In this document: positions 26,468 to 40,847 of the stretch, piece after piece
Layout: every line of letters begins with the position of its first letter
Position numbering within the stretch: the stretch's first letter is position 1
Assembly: GCA_964016885.1 (NCBI GenBank)
Contig: OZ024757.1
Span: 21,266,001 to 21,330,000 of the forward strand
DNA: 64,000 bases
Source of the DNA: Eledone cirrhosa
Lineage: Eukaryota
Reading direction: 5' to 3'
The notes under the pieces: model-generated
What the model was told of the DNA's origin: nothing
The model's input: only the letters and a program-made list of their open reading frames with translations
Databases searched by the model: none
Program-made: the position numbers and the translations under genes

Positions 26468-26503
<36 letters not shown>

Positions 26504-27261
26504 ATGTGTCAGTATGTAACTGTTTGTATGTGTGTGCATGTGTGCATGTGTCTGTATGTGTGTATGTATGCATGTGTGTGTGTGTGTGTACATGTGTCAG
26601 TATGTAAGTGTTTGTATGTGTGTGCATGTGTGTGTGCATGTGTGTGCATGTGTGTGTGCATGTGTGTGTGTGTACAGATGTGTAGATAAGTGTGCATGTG
26701 TTAGTATGTAACTGTTTGTATGTGTGTGCATGTGTGTGTGTACATATGTGTAGATAAGTGTGCATGTGTAAGTATGTAACTGTTTGTATGTGTGTGCATG
26801 TGTGTGTGTACATATGTGTAGATAAGTGTGCATGTGTAAGTATGTAACCGTACGTGTGTGTATGTGTGTCGCTACTCTATATTTCATCTTCACAGCTATT
26901 TGCTTTACATTCGATTAGATTACATTTTCTGTCTAAATTCAGCATCTAAAAAGAATCCCTGAGAAGGGCAAAGGTGTACAAAATAGAATGAAATAGAACA
27001 GAAATTAATTATTTCTTTCACTTCCTGGTGCAATCCGATATCAGATTGGCCAAACAACATTGATTATCTTCAGATATTGAACCACAGAGCAACACTGACG
27101 CATAAAATATTGAAAAATAAAAAAAATAATAACTTTCTTTTTCTCATTTAAAAAAATTCCAACTTTAATTTTTTCATCTTTTATGAATTCTGTTTTTATT
27201 GAATAAGCAATAACCAGCTGCTATTTCTTTCCTCGACAATGTCAAGGAAATTATTAAATAA

Positions 27262-27452
27262 AAGGCGGTGAATTGGCAGTATCGGTAGAGGGTTGGACGC
27301 CATGCTTTCTAGCATAGTTACGTCCCTTTACGGTCTGAGTTCAAATCCCGCCAAGGTTAACTTTGCCTTTCATCCTTACGGGGTCGATAAAATAAAGTAC
27401 CAGTAATGTACTGGATAATTGATGGCCTTGTGCCTAAAGTAGAAACAATTAT
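27262..27452 (+). mobile_element. Full-length SINE B with TSD attattaaataaa
   Basis: Head ggcggtgaattggcag to tail gtagaaacaatt; direct repeat on both sides. Confidence 0.9.
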
Positions 27453-27917
27453 TAAATAAATATTTTTGTTTGTTTTAGACAAAGGTGTGGTCGAAGGGTT
27501 AGGATGTCTGACACATGATTGTCACAGGTTCAATTCCTGGACAAAGTGTTGTGTTGAGTTCTTGAGCAAAATACTTAAATTCATGTTGTACCTTCAGCCA
27601 GGAGTTATGACTGGCAGGCAATATCAACAACAAAAAGACCAAGGGGAAGCATTGTTTCCTTGGTCTGATCAGCTCAGTTCTTTTGCCATGAATTGTGACT
27701 GGCAGATAGTATCAATAATGGAAAGACCAATGGAAGTATTATTTCCCTACTTTAATCTGACAATCAGATACTTTCCTTTACATATTTTTCCAGACGAAAC
27801 CAATGAAACTCAAAACCAAATTTGCTCACTCAAAATGAACCGCTAATGACCTTATTATAGAACCACACCATTTATGTCTTTAAAATAGGTTTTCTTTAAA
27901 ATCATAATCCTTTTTGT

Positions 27918-28200
27918 ATCATCATCATCATCATCATCGTTTAACGTCCATGTTCCACGCTTGCATGGGTTTGGACGGGAGTTTTCCCACTTGAGGCAAG
28001 AGTGGTTGTCTTGCTCGCATAGGACTGTCTGGCAGGTTTTCTACGGCTGGATGCCATTCCTAACACCAACCACATTTACAGTGTGGAATGGGAGGTTTTT
28101 ACCGTGTTGCCTACACGGCCACATTACAGCGTGGACTGTGTGTTTTTTTTTTGTCGTGACACCTACACAACCTCATTTGTTTCGGCCTGGATGTTGTGGT
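27918..28200 (-). mobile_element. SINE/LINE-type 3' segment with (GAT)n tail, related to the SINE A tail
   Basis: catcatcgtttaacgtcc..tgcatggg..tttctacggctggatgccattcctaacaccaacc. Confidence 0.7.
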
Positions 28201-29014
28201 ACCAACATAACTTTACATTGGAAGGGGCGGTGTGGATGGGGTGGGGGTAGTGAGACGGGGGTGTATTTTGTTAGAGGTGCCTACTGACTGTAGTAGGTTT
28301 CGCTTTGTATGTATATATATATATATATATATAACGTACCTTTACAAACCTGAAACCCACCTGGATTCTACCCACCTCCGACGCTACTAGACTTGTAAAC
28401 CCACCCCACACATACACCTCTACATACAACCATGCAATACACACCAACAACCACACACCTGTCACACACACACATACACCGGCTCACACACATGTACAAA
28501 CACACACCAACAACACACTCAACATCCACACAAGTGCAAACACATCGTAATGTGCACCCCATGTACACCCACTTCATGTCTGCCACCTTCACCCTGCACC
28601 AGACTTCACACCCTCCCCCCTTCTTTATATTTTTGTTTTTGTATTTTCTGTGTGTGTCCATGTATGTATGCACTCATATGTGTATGTATGTATATGTAAA
28701 TGTGTTTGTGCATGCCTGAATGTATATATGTTTGCTTGTATATGCTTATGTATATATGCATGTATGTGCAAGTGTGTGTGTGTGTGTGCCTGTGTGCCTA
28801 TACACATATGAATGCATACATACATGGACACACACACACATAAGTGCATACATACACGGACACACACACACACACACACACACACAGAGATAACGAGAGA
28901 GAGCAACACATATATATATATATACATATGTGATCATACAGCAGTATATATTTCTCATTTTTCAACTCAACGCCATATTCAGTGTCATAATATACGTTTA
29001 GCCAGCATGACGCA

Positions 29015-29690
29015 TAGAGTTACGGCCCTTGCCATTCTGAGTTCAAATCCCGCCGAGGTTAACTTTGCCTTTCATCCTTACGGGGTCGATAAAATAAAGT
29101 ACCAGTAATGTACTGGGTAATTGCTGGCTTTGTGTCAAATGTAGAAACAATTATTGGCCCTTGCCATTCTGAGTTCAAATCCCACCGAGGTTAACTTTGC
29201 CTTTCATACGTACGGGGTCGATAAAATAAAGTACCAGTAATGTACTGGGTAATTGCTGGCTTTGTGTCAAATGTAGAAACAATTATTGGCCCTTGCCATT
29301 CTGAGTTCAAATCCCACCGAGGTTAACTTTGCCTTTCATACGTACGGGGTCGATAAAATAAAGTACCAGTAATGTACTGGGTAATTGCTGGCTTTGTGTC
29401 AAATGTAGAAACAATTATTGGCCCTTGCCATTCTGAGTTCAAATCCCACCGAGGTTAACTTTGCCTTTCATACGTACGGGGTCGATAAAATAAAGTACCA
29501 GTAATGTACTGGGTAATTGCTGGCTTTGTGTCAAATGTAGAAACAATTATTGGCCCTTGCCATTCTGAGTTCAAATCCCACCGAGGTTAACTTTGCCTTT
29601 CATCCTCACGGGGTCGATAAAATAAAGTACCAGTAATGTACTGGTTAATTGCTGGCCTTGTGTCAAAAGTAGAAACAATTATTATTATTA
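29015..29690 (+). repeat. Five head-to-tail 132-bp SINE B fragments
   Basis: ggcccttgcc at 29024, 29156, 29288, 29420 and 29552. Confidence 0.95.
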
Positions 29691-29943
29691 TTAACACTGC
29701 TTATTAAAGATATTGACAACAGTGTGACACCAATTGTACAATACCACATCAGCAACTGGACAAACTTAGGCATTGAATGTTCAAACTGGTGAACCAATAA
29801 TTGTTTTTACATTTGGAACAAGGCCAGCATTTATCCCAGTGTATTACTGGTACTTTATTTTATCGACTCCGCAAGGATGAAAGGCAAAGTTAAGCTCGGC
29901 AGAATAACCTACAGTTACAAACAAAAAAAAAAATATATATAAC

Positions 29944-29976
<33 letters not shown>

Positions 29977-30709
29977 GAATAAAGTTAGTCCTTCATCAGT
30001 GATCTTCCAACCATCATTGGTATTTCATCACTTTAAAGACCATATACCTCCGGTTGGTGCGAGCAACGGCTAAAAAAAGGGGACACGAGAGTGTAAGCAA
30101 ACAAAGATGGTGAAGCAACGATATATATATATATATATGTCATGGAAACACCAAATCAACAAACAAGAGGGTACAATAACATGAAGTGTATTAGTTTCAT
30201 GCTTTGAGGAAGAAGAGTGAGTTATCAAAGGAAAAATAACAAATAAAATAATGTTAGAGAAAGAAAAATACAAAAACAAAAATATAAAGAAGGGGGGGGG
30301 TGCGTTGTCTGGTGCAGGGTGAAGGTGGCAGACATGAAGTGGGTGTACATGGGGTGCACATTACGATGTGTTTGCACTTGTGTGGATGTTAAGTGTGTTG
30401 TTGGTGTGTGTTTGTACATATGTGTGAGCCGGCCAGTGTATGTGTGTGTGACAGGTGTGTGGTTGTTGGTGTGTATTGCATGGTTGTATGTATAGGTGTA
30501 TGTGTGGGGTGGGTTTACAAGTCTAGTAGCGTCAGAGGTGGGTAGAATCCAGGTAGGTTTCAGGTTTGTAAAGGTACGTTATATATATATATATATATAC
30601 AAAAAGGATTATGATTTTAAAGAAAACCATTTTTAAAGACATAAATGGTGTGGCTATATAAAAAGGTCATTAGAGGTGTGTATGCATGTATGTGGTTATG
30701 TATATATGA

Positions 30710-32120
30710 ATGTATTTGCAAGTATATACATACATAAATACATACATATATATACATACATTCATACATATATATACATACTTACATATATATGTATTTG
30801 CAAGTATATACATACATAAATACATACATATATATACATACATTCATACATATATATACATACTTACATATATATGTATTTGCAAGTATATACATACATA
30901 AATACATACATATATATACATACATTCATACATATATATACATACTTACATATATATGTATTTGCAAGTATATACATACATAAATACATACATATATATA
31001 AATACATTCATACATATATATACATACTTACATATATATGTATTTGCAAGTATATATACATACATAAATACATACATATATATACATACATTCATACATA
31101 TATATACATACTTACATATATATGTATTTGCAAGTATATACATACATAAATACATACATATATATATACATACATTCATACATATATATACATACTTACA
31201 TATATATGTATTTGCAAGTATATACATACATAAATACATACATATATATACATACATTCATACATATATATACATACTTACATATATATGTATTTGCAAG
31301 TATATACATACATAAATACATACATATATATACATACATTCATACATATATATACATACTTACATATATATGTATTTGCAAGTATATACATACATAAATA
31401 CATACATATATATACATACATTCATACATATATATACATACTTACATATATATGTATTTGCAAGTATATACATACATAAATACATACATATATATACATA
31501 CATTCATACATATATATACATACTTACATATATATGTATTTGCAAGTATATACATACATAAATACATACATATATATACATACATTCATACATATATATA
31601 CATACTTACATATATATGTATTTGCAAGTATATACATACATAAATACATACATATATATACATACATTCATACATATATATACATACTTACATATATATG
31701 TATTTGCAAGTATATACATACATAAATACATACATATATATACATACATTCATACATATATATATATACATACTTACATATATATGTATTTGCAAGTATA
31801 TACATACATAAATACATACATATATATAAATACATTCATACATATATATATATATACATACTTACATATATATGTATTTGCAAGTATATACATACATAAA
31901 TACATACATATATATACATACATTCATATATATATATACATACTTACATATATATGTATTTGCAAGTATATACATACATAAATACATACATATATATACA
32001 TACATTCATACATATATATACATACTTACATATATATGTATTTGCAAGTATATACATACATAAATACATACATATATATACATACATTCATACATATATA
32101 TATATACATACTTACATATA
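30710..32120. repeat. 82-bp minisatellite, about 17 copies (tgtatttgcaagtatatacatacataaatac...)
   Basis: 82-bp period, also visible in ORF starts 30710, 30792, 30874 and so on. Confidence 0.95.
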
Positions 32121-32329
32121 CATACATATATATATATATGTATATGTATGTTGAAGCCTACAACAATGGTGAACACCAAGTCAGTAAAGTATATCATTAT
32201 ATTCATATATTCATGTAATATGCCATGTGTATGTGATATTATTATACAAACAGTGGATACAACACTGGCTATTGAATTAATATAGTGTCAGGAATAACTA
32301 CAGATTATCTGTCTTATAGAGACAGCAAT

Positions 32330-33015
32330 GTAAACTGGAGCAATGTGAAATAAAGTGTCTTGCTCACGGAAACAACACATCACCCGGTCTGAGAACTGAA
32401 CTCACAACCTTTCGATTGCAAGGGCAATGCTCTAATCACTAAGCCATGTGGCTCCATCATTATATATATGTGGTGGATTGGCAGTATCGGTAGAGGGTCG
32501 GACGCCATGCTTTCCAGCATAGTTACGTCCCTTTACGATCTGAGTTCAAATCCCGCCGAGGTTGACTTTGCCTTTCATCCTTACGGGGTCGATAAAATAA
32601 AGTACCAGTAATGCACTGGGTAATTGCTGGCCTTGTGCCTAAAGTAGAAACAATTATATATATGTGGAGGCATATGGCTTAGTGGTTAGAGCATTGGCCT
32701 TGCAATCGAAAGGTTGTGAGTTCAATTCTCAGCAGACCAAGTGATGTGTTGTTTCCTTGAGCAAGACACTTTATTTCACATTGCTCCAGTTTACTCAGCT
32801 GTAGAAATGAGATGATAGGGACTGGGGTCCCTATCATTCCACTGTAAAGTGGACGTGTAGGCGCCACGGAAAAAAAGCACCCAGCACTCACTGTAAATGA
32901 GGTTGGTGTTAGGAAGGGCATCCAGCTGTAGAAATCAAGCCAGAATCAGTTCCCGTCCCACCCTTGCAAGCAGGGAAAAGCGGACGTAAAATGAAATGAT
33001 GATGATGAATGATGA
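32330..33015. mobile_element. Head-to-head SINE A pair (partial minus 32330-32457, full plus 32663-33015) with a SINE B (32470-32655) between them
   Basis: SINE B TSD attatatatatgtgg; A- and B-box heads diverge from the spacer. Confidence 0.85.
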
Positions 33016-33517
33016 TATATATACATACTTACACACATGTGTATGCGTTAGTATGTATATATATATGTGTGTATATGAGGTTTGTCATAAAAGTATCTGA
33101 CTTGTCATAAAAGTATCTGACGTTAGGGGCACAACAAGTTTTCTAATGTCCTGTGTGATGCTGGTGGAGCTGTCAACACTGGTACCACATACATTGCATG
33201 GGCAAACACATCGAGAGACATATGGACATGGTAACGGATGTATTATACAAAGAAATGTCTAATAGCTAATGGCTAATGAATTGTGGTGATGAATTATGAT
33301 ATAAATAGTGAGAGTTTTATCTCCACCAGTTCAGGTAATTTATCACCCTGGTCAGTGGTCAGTGGTCAGTGGCCATGTCTGACAGGCTGAGGTGTGATAG
33401 GGGAATCTCATTTGTCAGCAGTTGACTTTGCCTTTCATCCTTATGGGGGTCGATAAAATAAAGTACCAGTAATGTACTGAGTAATTGCTGGCCTTGTGCC
33501 TAAAGTAGAAACAAATA

Positions 33518-33808
33518 TGTAGGTATGTATTCACATATCTATTTATCTATTTTTACTGTATTTTCCCTCTTCCCCTGCTGCTGTCCCTTCCTGTCCCTCC
33601 TTAAAATGTTTGTTCCTACTTTTGGCACAAGGCCAGCAATTATCCCAGTGTATTAACTGATAAAATAAAGTACCAGTAATACACTGGAATAATTGCTGGC
33701 CTTGTGCCGAAAGTAGAAACAAATATTTTAAAGAGGGACAGGAAGGGACAGCAGCAGGGGAAGAGGGAAAAAATACAGTAGAAATATATATGTGAATATA
33801 TACCTACA
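33518..33808. repeat. Fold-back inverted repeat of about 135 bp containing a SINE B 3' end plus flanking DNA
   Basis: Arms 33518-33655 and 33677-33808. Confidence 0.85.
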
Positions 33809-33986
33809 CTGACCAACATACATACACACACACTGACACACACGCACACTGACACACACATACACACACTGACCAACACACTGACACACACACACAGACT
33901 AACACACTGACACATACACACACACACACACACACTGACTGACACACACCGACACACACACACACACACTGATACATACAGACACA

Positions 33987-34017
<31 letters not shown>

Positions 34018-34914
34018 TGACACACACATACACACACTGACACACTGACACACACACAGACTAACACACACACACACTGACTGACACACACCGACACACA
34101 CACACACACACAGATACATACAGACACACACTGATACACACACACACACACACACACTGATACATACAGACACACACACTGATACATACAGGCACACTGC
34201 CACACTCACATATACATGCACACACACTGACTGACACACACACTGACACATTCACACACACACAAAAGACACATTCACTCACAATCACACACACACATAC
34301 AACAAAAGGGTACGCTTGTGTGTGTGTGTGTGTGAAGTACTTTTCCACTGTAATACATGGTGGGCTGTATTTGTAATCTAAAGGGCCTTGTCACACACTG
34401 CTTACTACTGAATCTCCCTGAGAACTACATTAAATGTTTCTCTGGAATGCTCAGTCACTTACACGCTAATTACATGAACAGGCTGTTCAGTTGATTGACC
34501 AACTGGAAACTCATCCTGGAAACTAACCAGCCCCCTTCTCATTCCACCCCCTGCACAGACCCTAAATTGCCACCCTTATAAAAGTGAAGACCCCCCCCCC
34601 CGGCAGACCACACCCATCTCTACCCCAGCCACCTACCCTACTAACGGGAGGAGCAGGGAGGGTCCATTCATCTATTCACTGTCAAACAACAGTCAGTTCT
34701 TACTCAGATTGCCCCCCCCCCCTGCCTGCGCGAAGTAAAAGATTAGTGGGTGGGGGGGGGGGCACATTAGATAATGTATTCCTACGTAGACTTAGCACAT
34801 GATGTATGTGATGATAATGTGAAGAAGAATGTCTTTGATCATACTGCTGCCTGATCACAGCTGACCTGGGGTCAAACAATAGAATGGCAACAACAACAAC
34901 AACAACAACGATAT

Positions 34915-35430
34915 CAATAATTGTTTTTACTTTGGCACAAGACCGACAATTTGGGGGAGGAGAGTCGATGCCATCGACCTCAGTATGTTACTGGTACTTT
35001 ATTTTATTGAACCCATAAGGGTGAAAGGCAAAGCTAACCTAGGTGGGATTTGAACTCAGTCTGTAAAGACCCAAAACCAACACTACTACTACTAATAATA
35101 ATAATTATTTCTACTTTAGGCACAAGGCCAGCAAAATACCCCAGTGCATTACTGGCACTTTTATTTTATCGACCCCCGTAAGGATGAAAGGCAAAGTCAA
35201 CCTCTACTAATAATAATAATAACGGTTTCTTATTTAGGCACAAGGCCAGCAATTTGGGGAGGAGGGGAAAGTCGATGAAATTGACCCCAGCACGTTACTG
35301 GTACTTTATTTTATCGACCCCGTAAGGATGAAAGGCAAAGTTAACCTCGGTGGGATTTGAACTCTGATCATAAAGGGCCGTAACTCTGTGCTGCAAAATG
35401 GTGTCCGACCCTCTACCGATCCATCACCCT

Positions 35431-35479
<49 letters not shown>

Positions 35480-35655
35480 TGTTTCTACTTTAGTCACAAG
35501 GCCAGCAATTACCCAGTGCATTACTGGTACTTTATTTTATCGACCCCCGTAAGGATGAAAGGCAAAGTCAACCTCGGCGGGATTTGAACTCAGATCGTAA
35601 AGGGATGTAACTACACTGGAAAGCATGGCGTCCGACCCTCTACCGATGCTGCCAT
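34915..35655 (-). mobile_element. Cluster of 4-5 same-strand SINE B copies separated by (AAT)n
   Basis: Repeated core and tails. Confidence 0.85.
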
Positions 35656-36063
35656 AATAATAATAATAATAATAATAATAATAGCAAAAATTATGAAGAT
35701 AATGATGAAGGGGATGATGATGGTGATGATGATGGTGATGATGATGGTGATGATTCCTTCCTTTTATTAGCTAGAAATGAGCCAAGATGTTGGGGACAGT
35801 ACAAGGATGACTAAGAAATAAAAATAATGATGACAACCATGATGATTTCTGTAATAATAATAATAATAATAAATATAATATAAACGAGACATTAAAACTA
35901 TACCCAAGAGTTGGGGGACGACCCATTCTAACCCCCCCCCCCCCCCCCCTCCGTCTCTGCACCAACAAACAATCAACAAACACTCAAGAAAAAAAATACG
36001 TTTTATTACTAAACAAAAGAATTCTTTTACCAAATTCCTTCGGAAGTTAAAATATTTTACATG

Positions 36064-36094
<31 letters not shown>

Positions 36095-36207
36095 TGTCGA
36101 TTTAATGACAGCTATATATATATATATATATATATCCTTGCTAGCAGAGGAAGCCGACATTAAAATATATATGTATATGTATATATATATATGTATAAAT
36201 ATATATA

Positions 36208-36252
<45 letters not shown>

Positions 36253-36907
36253 TTATTTGTTTATGCAACAAAATACTGTTTCCTTTCATAAAAGGGGACA
36301 AACCCCCATAAAAAGTAACCCTTTACATTCAACAGCAGCCACTGTGTCCCATGTCCACCCCACCGCTGAAGCAAAACCATCAGCCAAATACAACCAAACA
36401 TAGTGACACTCCTCTTTAAACAATGAGTCAGGAAGAGAGAAGCTCATAAAGTGGTGTGAGATATAAAGATGAAGGAATCTCCTATTTTACCCTAGCAACA
36501 TGCTGGTGCAGCAACATGTTGGCATTCTAATACATGGCAACCACATGTTAGATGCATGACAACAAAATGACAGCAATGCACATACCACAGCATGCTTGAC
36601 CTTCGTTGTGTATATGTGTGTATGGCTATGTATGGATACGTATTTATGGGCATGTGTGTACGCATGTGTTCTATGTATATATGCATTCGTGTGTGTGTGT
36701 ATATATACATATATATATACAGAAATATCCATGGTTAGTTGTGGGTATGTGTGTATGCATGTATTCTATGTATTTATGCATTTGTGTGTGTCTGTGTATA
36801 TATATATTTGTTTAGCAAGGTTTTTGATATGTGTTTTATTATTTATTTCTGACAATATTATAACAATTTGACACTTCCCAAATATAACAATATATATATA
36901 TATATAC

Positions 36908-36956
<49 letters not shown>

Positions 36957-37097
36957 TATACATATATAACCAAAGATTAATATGGTTCATTGATTTATTC
37001 AACGAATACAATTTTACAATAGATTAGAAGCACTCAAAACGGAATTTTCCTGGAGTATTTAATATTATTCAAAATATTTATATCACCAACTTTACAG

Positions 37098-37128
<31 letters not shown>

Positions 37129-37130
<2 letters not shown>

Positions 37131-37579
37131 CATCATCATTTTATGTCCGCTTTTCCCTGCTTGCAAGGGTGGGACGGGAACTGATTCTGGCTTGATTTCT
37201 ACAGCTGGATGCCCTTCCTAACACCAACCTCATTTACAGTGAGTGCTGGATGCTTTTTTGCCGTGGCACCTCCGCGTCCACTATACAGTGTGGGCTGGGT
37301 GCCTTTTTGCCGTGGCACCTCCACGACCACTTTACAGTGTGGGCTGGGTGCTTTTTTGCCGTGGCACTTCCACGTCGACTATACAGTGTCGGCTGGGTGC
37401 TTTTTGCCACGGCACCTCCACGACCACTTTACAGTGGGTGCTGGGTGCTTTTTTGCCGTGGCACCTCCACGACCACTTTACAGTGGAAGGATAGGGACCC
37501 CAGTCCCTATCATCTCATTTCTACAGCTGAGTAAACTGGAGCAATGTGAAATAAAGTGTCTTGCTCAAGGAGACAACAC
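37129..37579 (-). mobile_element. 5'-truncated SINE A with the internal 49-bp module repeated about 5 times
   Basis: Same module as in 11260-11565. Confidence 0.85.
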
Positions 37580-37867
37580 AGAGAGTGATAGAGAGAGAGT
37601 GTAAGAAGGAGATACAGAGACAGAGACAGAGAGGAAATAAAGAGGAGAGATAGAGGAAGAATTGACACCAGTAGTTGACTGGTACTTTTTTGTATATCAA
37701 CCTCGAAGGGGGTGAAAGGTAAAGCTGACCTCAGTGGGATTTGAACTCAAGAGAACAGGAAGCCACAACAAATACTGCAAGGCATTCATACAATCCGACG
37801 CTCTACCGACTCTGCCAATTCACAACAGACATTGTTATTTTACTGACTATATATATATATATATATA

Positions 37868-38038
37868 GGAAAATGTTTAACCCCGTTTCGATAGCTATTT
37901 CTGGACTAGCAATAGCCGTTGAAAAGGCTTGAGCTCTGCCGTCGGGGTCTAACATTTTCCTATTACCCACTCTACTACCCTAAGAATTGAGTACTCTGGT
38001 GCGTGATGGTCGATCTGGTTCCTTACCACAATTCCTTC

Positions 38039-38042
<4 letters not shown>
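37868..38042 (+). mobile_element. Second, diverged copy of family P1
   Basis: ggaaaatgttt..ccccgtttcga..gctatttc tggact ..aatagccgttgaaaaggcttgagctctgccgtcggggtc..cctattacccactctactaccctaag..ccttaccacaattcc; mirror arm partly deleted; flanked by (TA)n. Confidence 0.75.
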
Positions 38043-38074
<32 letters not shown>

Positions 38075-38557
38075 GTCTAAAGTCTGTCTTAAGCCAGAAG
38101 GCTCATTTGGCGTAGCTTATCCCGGTTTCATGGCGTGAAGCGACTGAGGGTACAAGACTCCCCCTGGACAGGACGCCAGTCCATCGCAGCGTTAAACCCC
38201 CAGCTATTGCTGGTACTCATTTTCAGCTGAGTATACTGGAGCAATGGGGAAATGAAGTGTTTTGCTCAAGAACACAACACGCAACCCAGCCCAGGAATCA
38301 AACCCACGACATTATGATCTTGAGGGCGGTGGATTGGCAGTATCGGTAAAGGGTCGGACGCCATGCTTTCCAGCATAGTTACGTCCCTTTACGATCTGAG
38401 TTCAAATCCCGCCGAGGTTGACTTTACCTTTTATCCTTACGGGGTCGATAGAATAAAGTACCAGTAATGTACTGGGTAATTGCTGGCCTTGTGCCTAAAG
38501 TAGAAACAATTATGATCGTAAGTCCAACACTCTTACCACTAGGCCACGTGCCTCCAC
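38075..38557 (-). mobile_element. SINE family C (tRNA head, CORE-like middle, gatggactggcgtcctgtccaggggg segment) interrupted by SINE B 38322-38512
   Basis: Head gtggaggcacgtggcctagtggtaagag on the minus strand; SINE B TSD about attatgatc(t/g)t(g/a)ag. Confidence 0.75.
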
Positions 38558-38915
38558 TATATATATATATATATACACTAGGTATATTTTGTGTTAGTTA
38601 ATCAAGCAACACTAGTGTATGCAGGAGGGAGCACTCAACGGTGTATACATGTAGGTATGTCTGCTCTAGAGTATACACAATCACTGTGTAACAAATAAAG
38701 GAGATAATTCCTAACCACTTGACTTCATTGCTGTATATAAGTATATACATGGTATACATATGTCTATGTAAATATACACATGCATACCTGTATATACATA
38801 CATAAATATATATGCACACATTAACATACACACACACACACATATATATATATACACATATATATGCACACATATACATACATGCACCTATATATATATA
38901 TATATGCATACACAT

Positions 38916-38947
<32 letters not shown>

Positions 38948-39302
38948 GTAGATAAAACTACCAAGAGTTTACGGTAGTGTCCAATCCGTATGAAGAACTC
39001 AATGTAGTCCGGATATCATGGAAAGAAGAGATGCAATGAAAAATCACTTTCGGTGAAAGATAAACGGAATACAGAGTCAAGATAAAATATTAAAAAAATA
39101 ATGAATAAAACAATGAAACAGTGTGTTTGGTATGTATATTTAATCTTGATAGTTTGTATAATTTTGTATAATTTTGTACATAGATCTGTTGAATATGCAT
39201 GCCAATTCTAACACATATATATCCTAGAAACGATCGTTAAATAATGAACTTTTTTTGTTTAATATAAGGAACTGTTTCATTGTTTTATTCATTATTTTTT
39301 TA

Positions 39303-39311
<9 letters not shown>
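38948..39311. mobile_element. Asymmetric inverted-repeat element in (TA)n (family P5)
   Basis: About 40-bp IR 39083-39122 / 39271-39311, extension 38948-39082; degenerate ctgttga...GAAA cgatcg TT in the spacer. Confidence 0.5.
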
Positions 39312-39348
<37 letters not shown>

Positions 39349-39349
<1 letters not shown>

Positions 39350-39536
39350 ATTGTTTCTACTTTAGGCACAAGGCCAGCAATTACCCAGTGCATTACTGGT
39401 ACTTTATTTTATCGACCCCGTAAGGATGAAAGGCAAAGTCAACCTTGGCGGGATTTGAACTCAGATCGTAAAGGGACGTAACTATGCTGGAAAGCATGGC
39501 GTCCGACCCTCTACCGATACTGCCAATCCACCGCCC
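39349..39536 (-). mobile_element. Full-length young SINE B
   Basis: Near-identical to 18435-18623 and 32470-32655. Confidence 0.9.
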
Positions 39537-39714
39537 TTATTACTATATATATATATAGTAATAATAATAAATTTGAAGACTAAAATTCAAAGAGGGCTCG
39601 ATAAGGATAAAGATTGACTTTGTTAGTTTCAGAAGATCCCGTTAAGGGTGAAAGCTGCGATTCTTTGCTTAAACTTTAATCTGTTATTTTAATTTTAATA
39701 AATATATATATATA

Positions 39715-39988
39715 TGTAGGAGGTGAGTTTTATTGTAGTACAATAAAGCAATGCAGATATCGGATAAGAAGCACTCTACAGTTTGTGGGACTGGAGTATA
39801 CATAATATATAAGAACAAAAGATGGTTAAAGGAGTTCCATGTATTTTATTATGCGCATTTCAAAAACAAATATCATCATGCAATAATATTTGTGTTTTCA
39901 TCAGATAAAACAGGAGGACATGATATGAAGGCTAAAAAACACTTGTGGATAGTTCAGTTTTAAATCAACATATATCTTATATATTATA
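39715..39988 (-). mobile_element. Family P2 copy with complete hammerhead (39842-39912, minus)
   Basis: Reverse complement of 5113-5370; CTGATGA, GAAA and tgcgcaTA intact. Confidence 0.8.
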
Positions 39989-40710
39989 TATATATATATA
40001 CACACATGTATATGTAAATATACACATGCATACATATATAAACACATGCACACATGCACATATATATATATATACACATACACATGGATATGTAAATACA
40101 CACATGCATACATATATATACGTATATAAATATATATGCACACATACACACAAATATATATATATATACACATGCATATGTATATAAATATATATGCACA
40201 GACACACATACACACACATACACATATATATACATAAATACACACACATACACATAAATACACATAAATACATCCATACAGATGTAGTTAAAGAAATGAG
40301 TATATACCTGTGTACATACAAATGTGTGTGTTTGGTGGGGGGGGGGGGGGGGGGGCTATCCTTATAAAATAAATTAAAATATTGACGAACAAGTACAGAA
40401 ATGTTCTTTAATGTCAAAATATAATTAGTGAGTACCCTCACTTCATTTCACACAACCTCCTTTTCCCCCCATCCAGGGGCATATCTTCTCAGATCCTCTC
40501 ACCCATTCTAAAACCTCTACACTTACAACATGTAGCAATGACTGCAGTTGGTACCAATACTCTTTTATTTCATGCTTCATTGAACCGCTTCTAACACTTG
40601 AGGCCTACATCACTCCCTCTCTCGACCTCACACACACACACATATGTATACACATACACATACATATAGTATAGACATATATGATTTTTATATATACACA
40701 CAAACATATT

Positions 40711-40749
<39 letters not shown>

Positions 40750-40847
40750 GATCACTTTTACAGTAATTTTTCTATACTGGGTAGGATGGGACTTTCTGAA
40801 GCAATGTTTTAAAGCTGGGAGCATTTTCTGACACACACACACATATA

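Noticed and set aside
29975-30010. Minus-strand CTGATGAAGG motif
   Set aside because: It runs into (TA)n with no GAAA half.
32663-32745. tRNA gene
   Set aside because: A and B boxes are present, but the sequence continues into SINE body and tail and occurs in many copies. It is a SINE head without a full cloverleaf.
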